A stretch of DNA of 15,616 nucleotides from Planctomycetota bacterium (lineage in GTDB: Bacteria > Planctomycetota > GCA-002687715 > DRQF01): positions 33,029 to 48,644 of the forward strand of contig JALTLO010000115.1 in the NCBI GenBank assembly GCA_027001995.1, in the 5' to 3' direction. Position numbers and translations under genes: made by a program. Positions 14,946-15,616 of this stretch are shown in pieces; position 1 is the stretch's first letter, and each line of letters starts with the position of its first letter. The notes below the pieces were generated by a model. It did not search any database, had not been told where the DNA came from, and worked only from the letters and a program-made list of their open reading frames with translations.

Positions 14946-15616
14946 TACGGGCATCAACCACAGCCGCTTCCTTGGCTCTCTCCCCCACGATGAAGGGATT
15001 TAAGTCCATCTCAATGATATCCTCCAAATCCATAGCCATCTGACTGAGGCGTAGGATGCAAGACTCGACTATTCTCCGATCAATGGGAGGTTGATTGCGA
15101 TAGCCGTCCAGCAACACATGTCCTTGGAGGGAATTCAGCATTTGCACTGGATCTCCCGAACGCAGAGGCGCGCACCGCAGAGCCACGTTGCGCCAAATCT
15201 CAACTTCCGTCCCACCAAAGCCCACAACAATCTGAGGGCCGAATTCAGGATCTCGTGACATACCTAAGAGCAATTCCCGATGTCCCGTGGCCATAGCCTG
15301 AACAATGAATCCAAGCCCTTTGTGCTCCTCAGACAAACGGGCATGTATCTCATTGGCCGCTGAAAGTACTTCATCGGCACTGGCCAAGCCCACACGAACT
15401 GCATCCACATCAGACTTGTGAATCAAGGTGGGGGCGTCAGCTTTGAGCACCACAGGGTATTTGATCTGGTGAGCCACCCCTGCTGCCGCCTCTGGATCGG
15501 AAACTCGCCGCGATTCCACCTGTGGGATTTTGTAAAGCGAAAGCAAACGCGCCACATCGCCCGGTTCAAGCCACAGCTGTTTTTTTTTCTTGGCACGTCG
15601 GATGCTCTTCTTCGCC
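14929..15616 (-). CDS. 3' part of an ADP-forming acyl-CoA ligase / Pat(YfiQ)-family protein (C-terminal ATP-grasp domain); 5' end lies outside the window
   Basis: YPVVLKA...IHKSDV..V, IVQAM, ELLLGMSRDPEFGPQIVVGFGG, EMDLNP, VDAR. The frame stays open upstream of 15555 to the window edge (AKKSIRRAKKKKQLWLEPGDVARLL). Confidence 0.88.
   Translation of the reverse strand, partial: AKKSIRRAKKKKQLWLEPGDVARLLSLYKIPQVESRRVSDPEAAAGVAHQIKYPVVLKADAPTLIHKSDVDAVRVGLASADEVLSAANEIHARLSEEHKGLGFIVQAMATGHRELLLGMSRDPEFGPQIVVGFGGTEVEIWRNVALRCAPLRSGDPVQMLNSLQGHVLLDGYRNQPPIDRRIVESCILRLSQMAMDLEDIIEMDLNPFIVGERAKEAAVVDARIMIRH

Noticed and set aside
15580..15588. T9 homopolymer as a phase-variation or frameshift site
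   Set aside because: It is in frame, encoding KKK in a Lys-rich linker, and the frame is intact on both sides.

Overview
Bacterial genomic window of moderate GC. The taxon cannot be determined from sequence alone; a Planctomycetota-like origin is only a weak guess. The left two-thirds (233-10671) is a minus-strand cluster, read in transcription order: TPR protein (no signal peptide), stand-alone PqqD/RRE protein, ATP-grasp ligase, large exported TPR protein, degenerate second ATP-grasp paralogue, group IV PLP-dependent decarboxylase, urea-transporter-family channel fused to a sirtuin domain, and a degenerate acidic ECF-sigma-like protein. The six central genes overlap or abut. No free precursor peptide is visible, but the decarboxylase begins with a lasso-leader-like YxxPxV motif that may be the RRE ligand. 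This cluster is the candidate undescribed system. The right third looks like general-function genes: parvulin lipoprotein (probably leaderless), RlmN-family radical SAM methyltransferase, S12 serine hydrolase, MobB-like P-loop protein, and the 3' end of an ADP-forming acyl-CoA ligase/Pat-family gene. All family assignments are by manual motif recognition, not database search.
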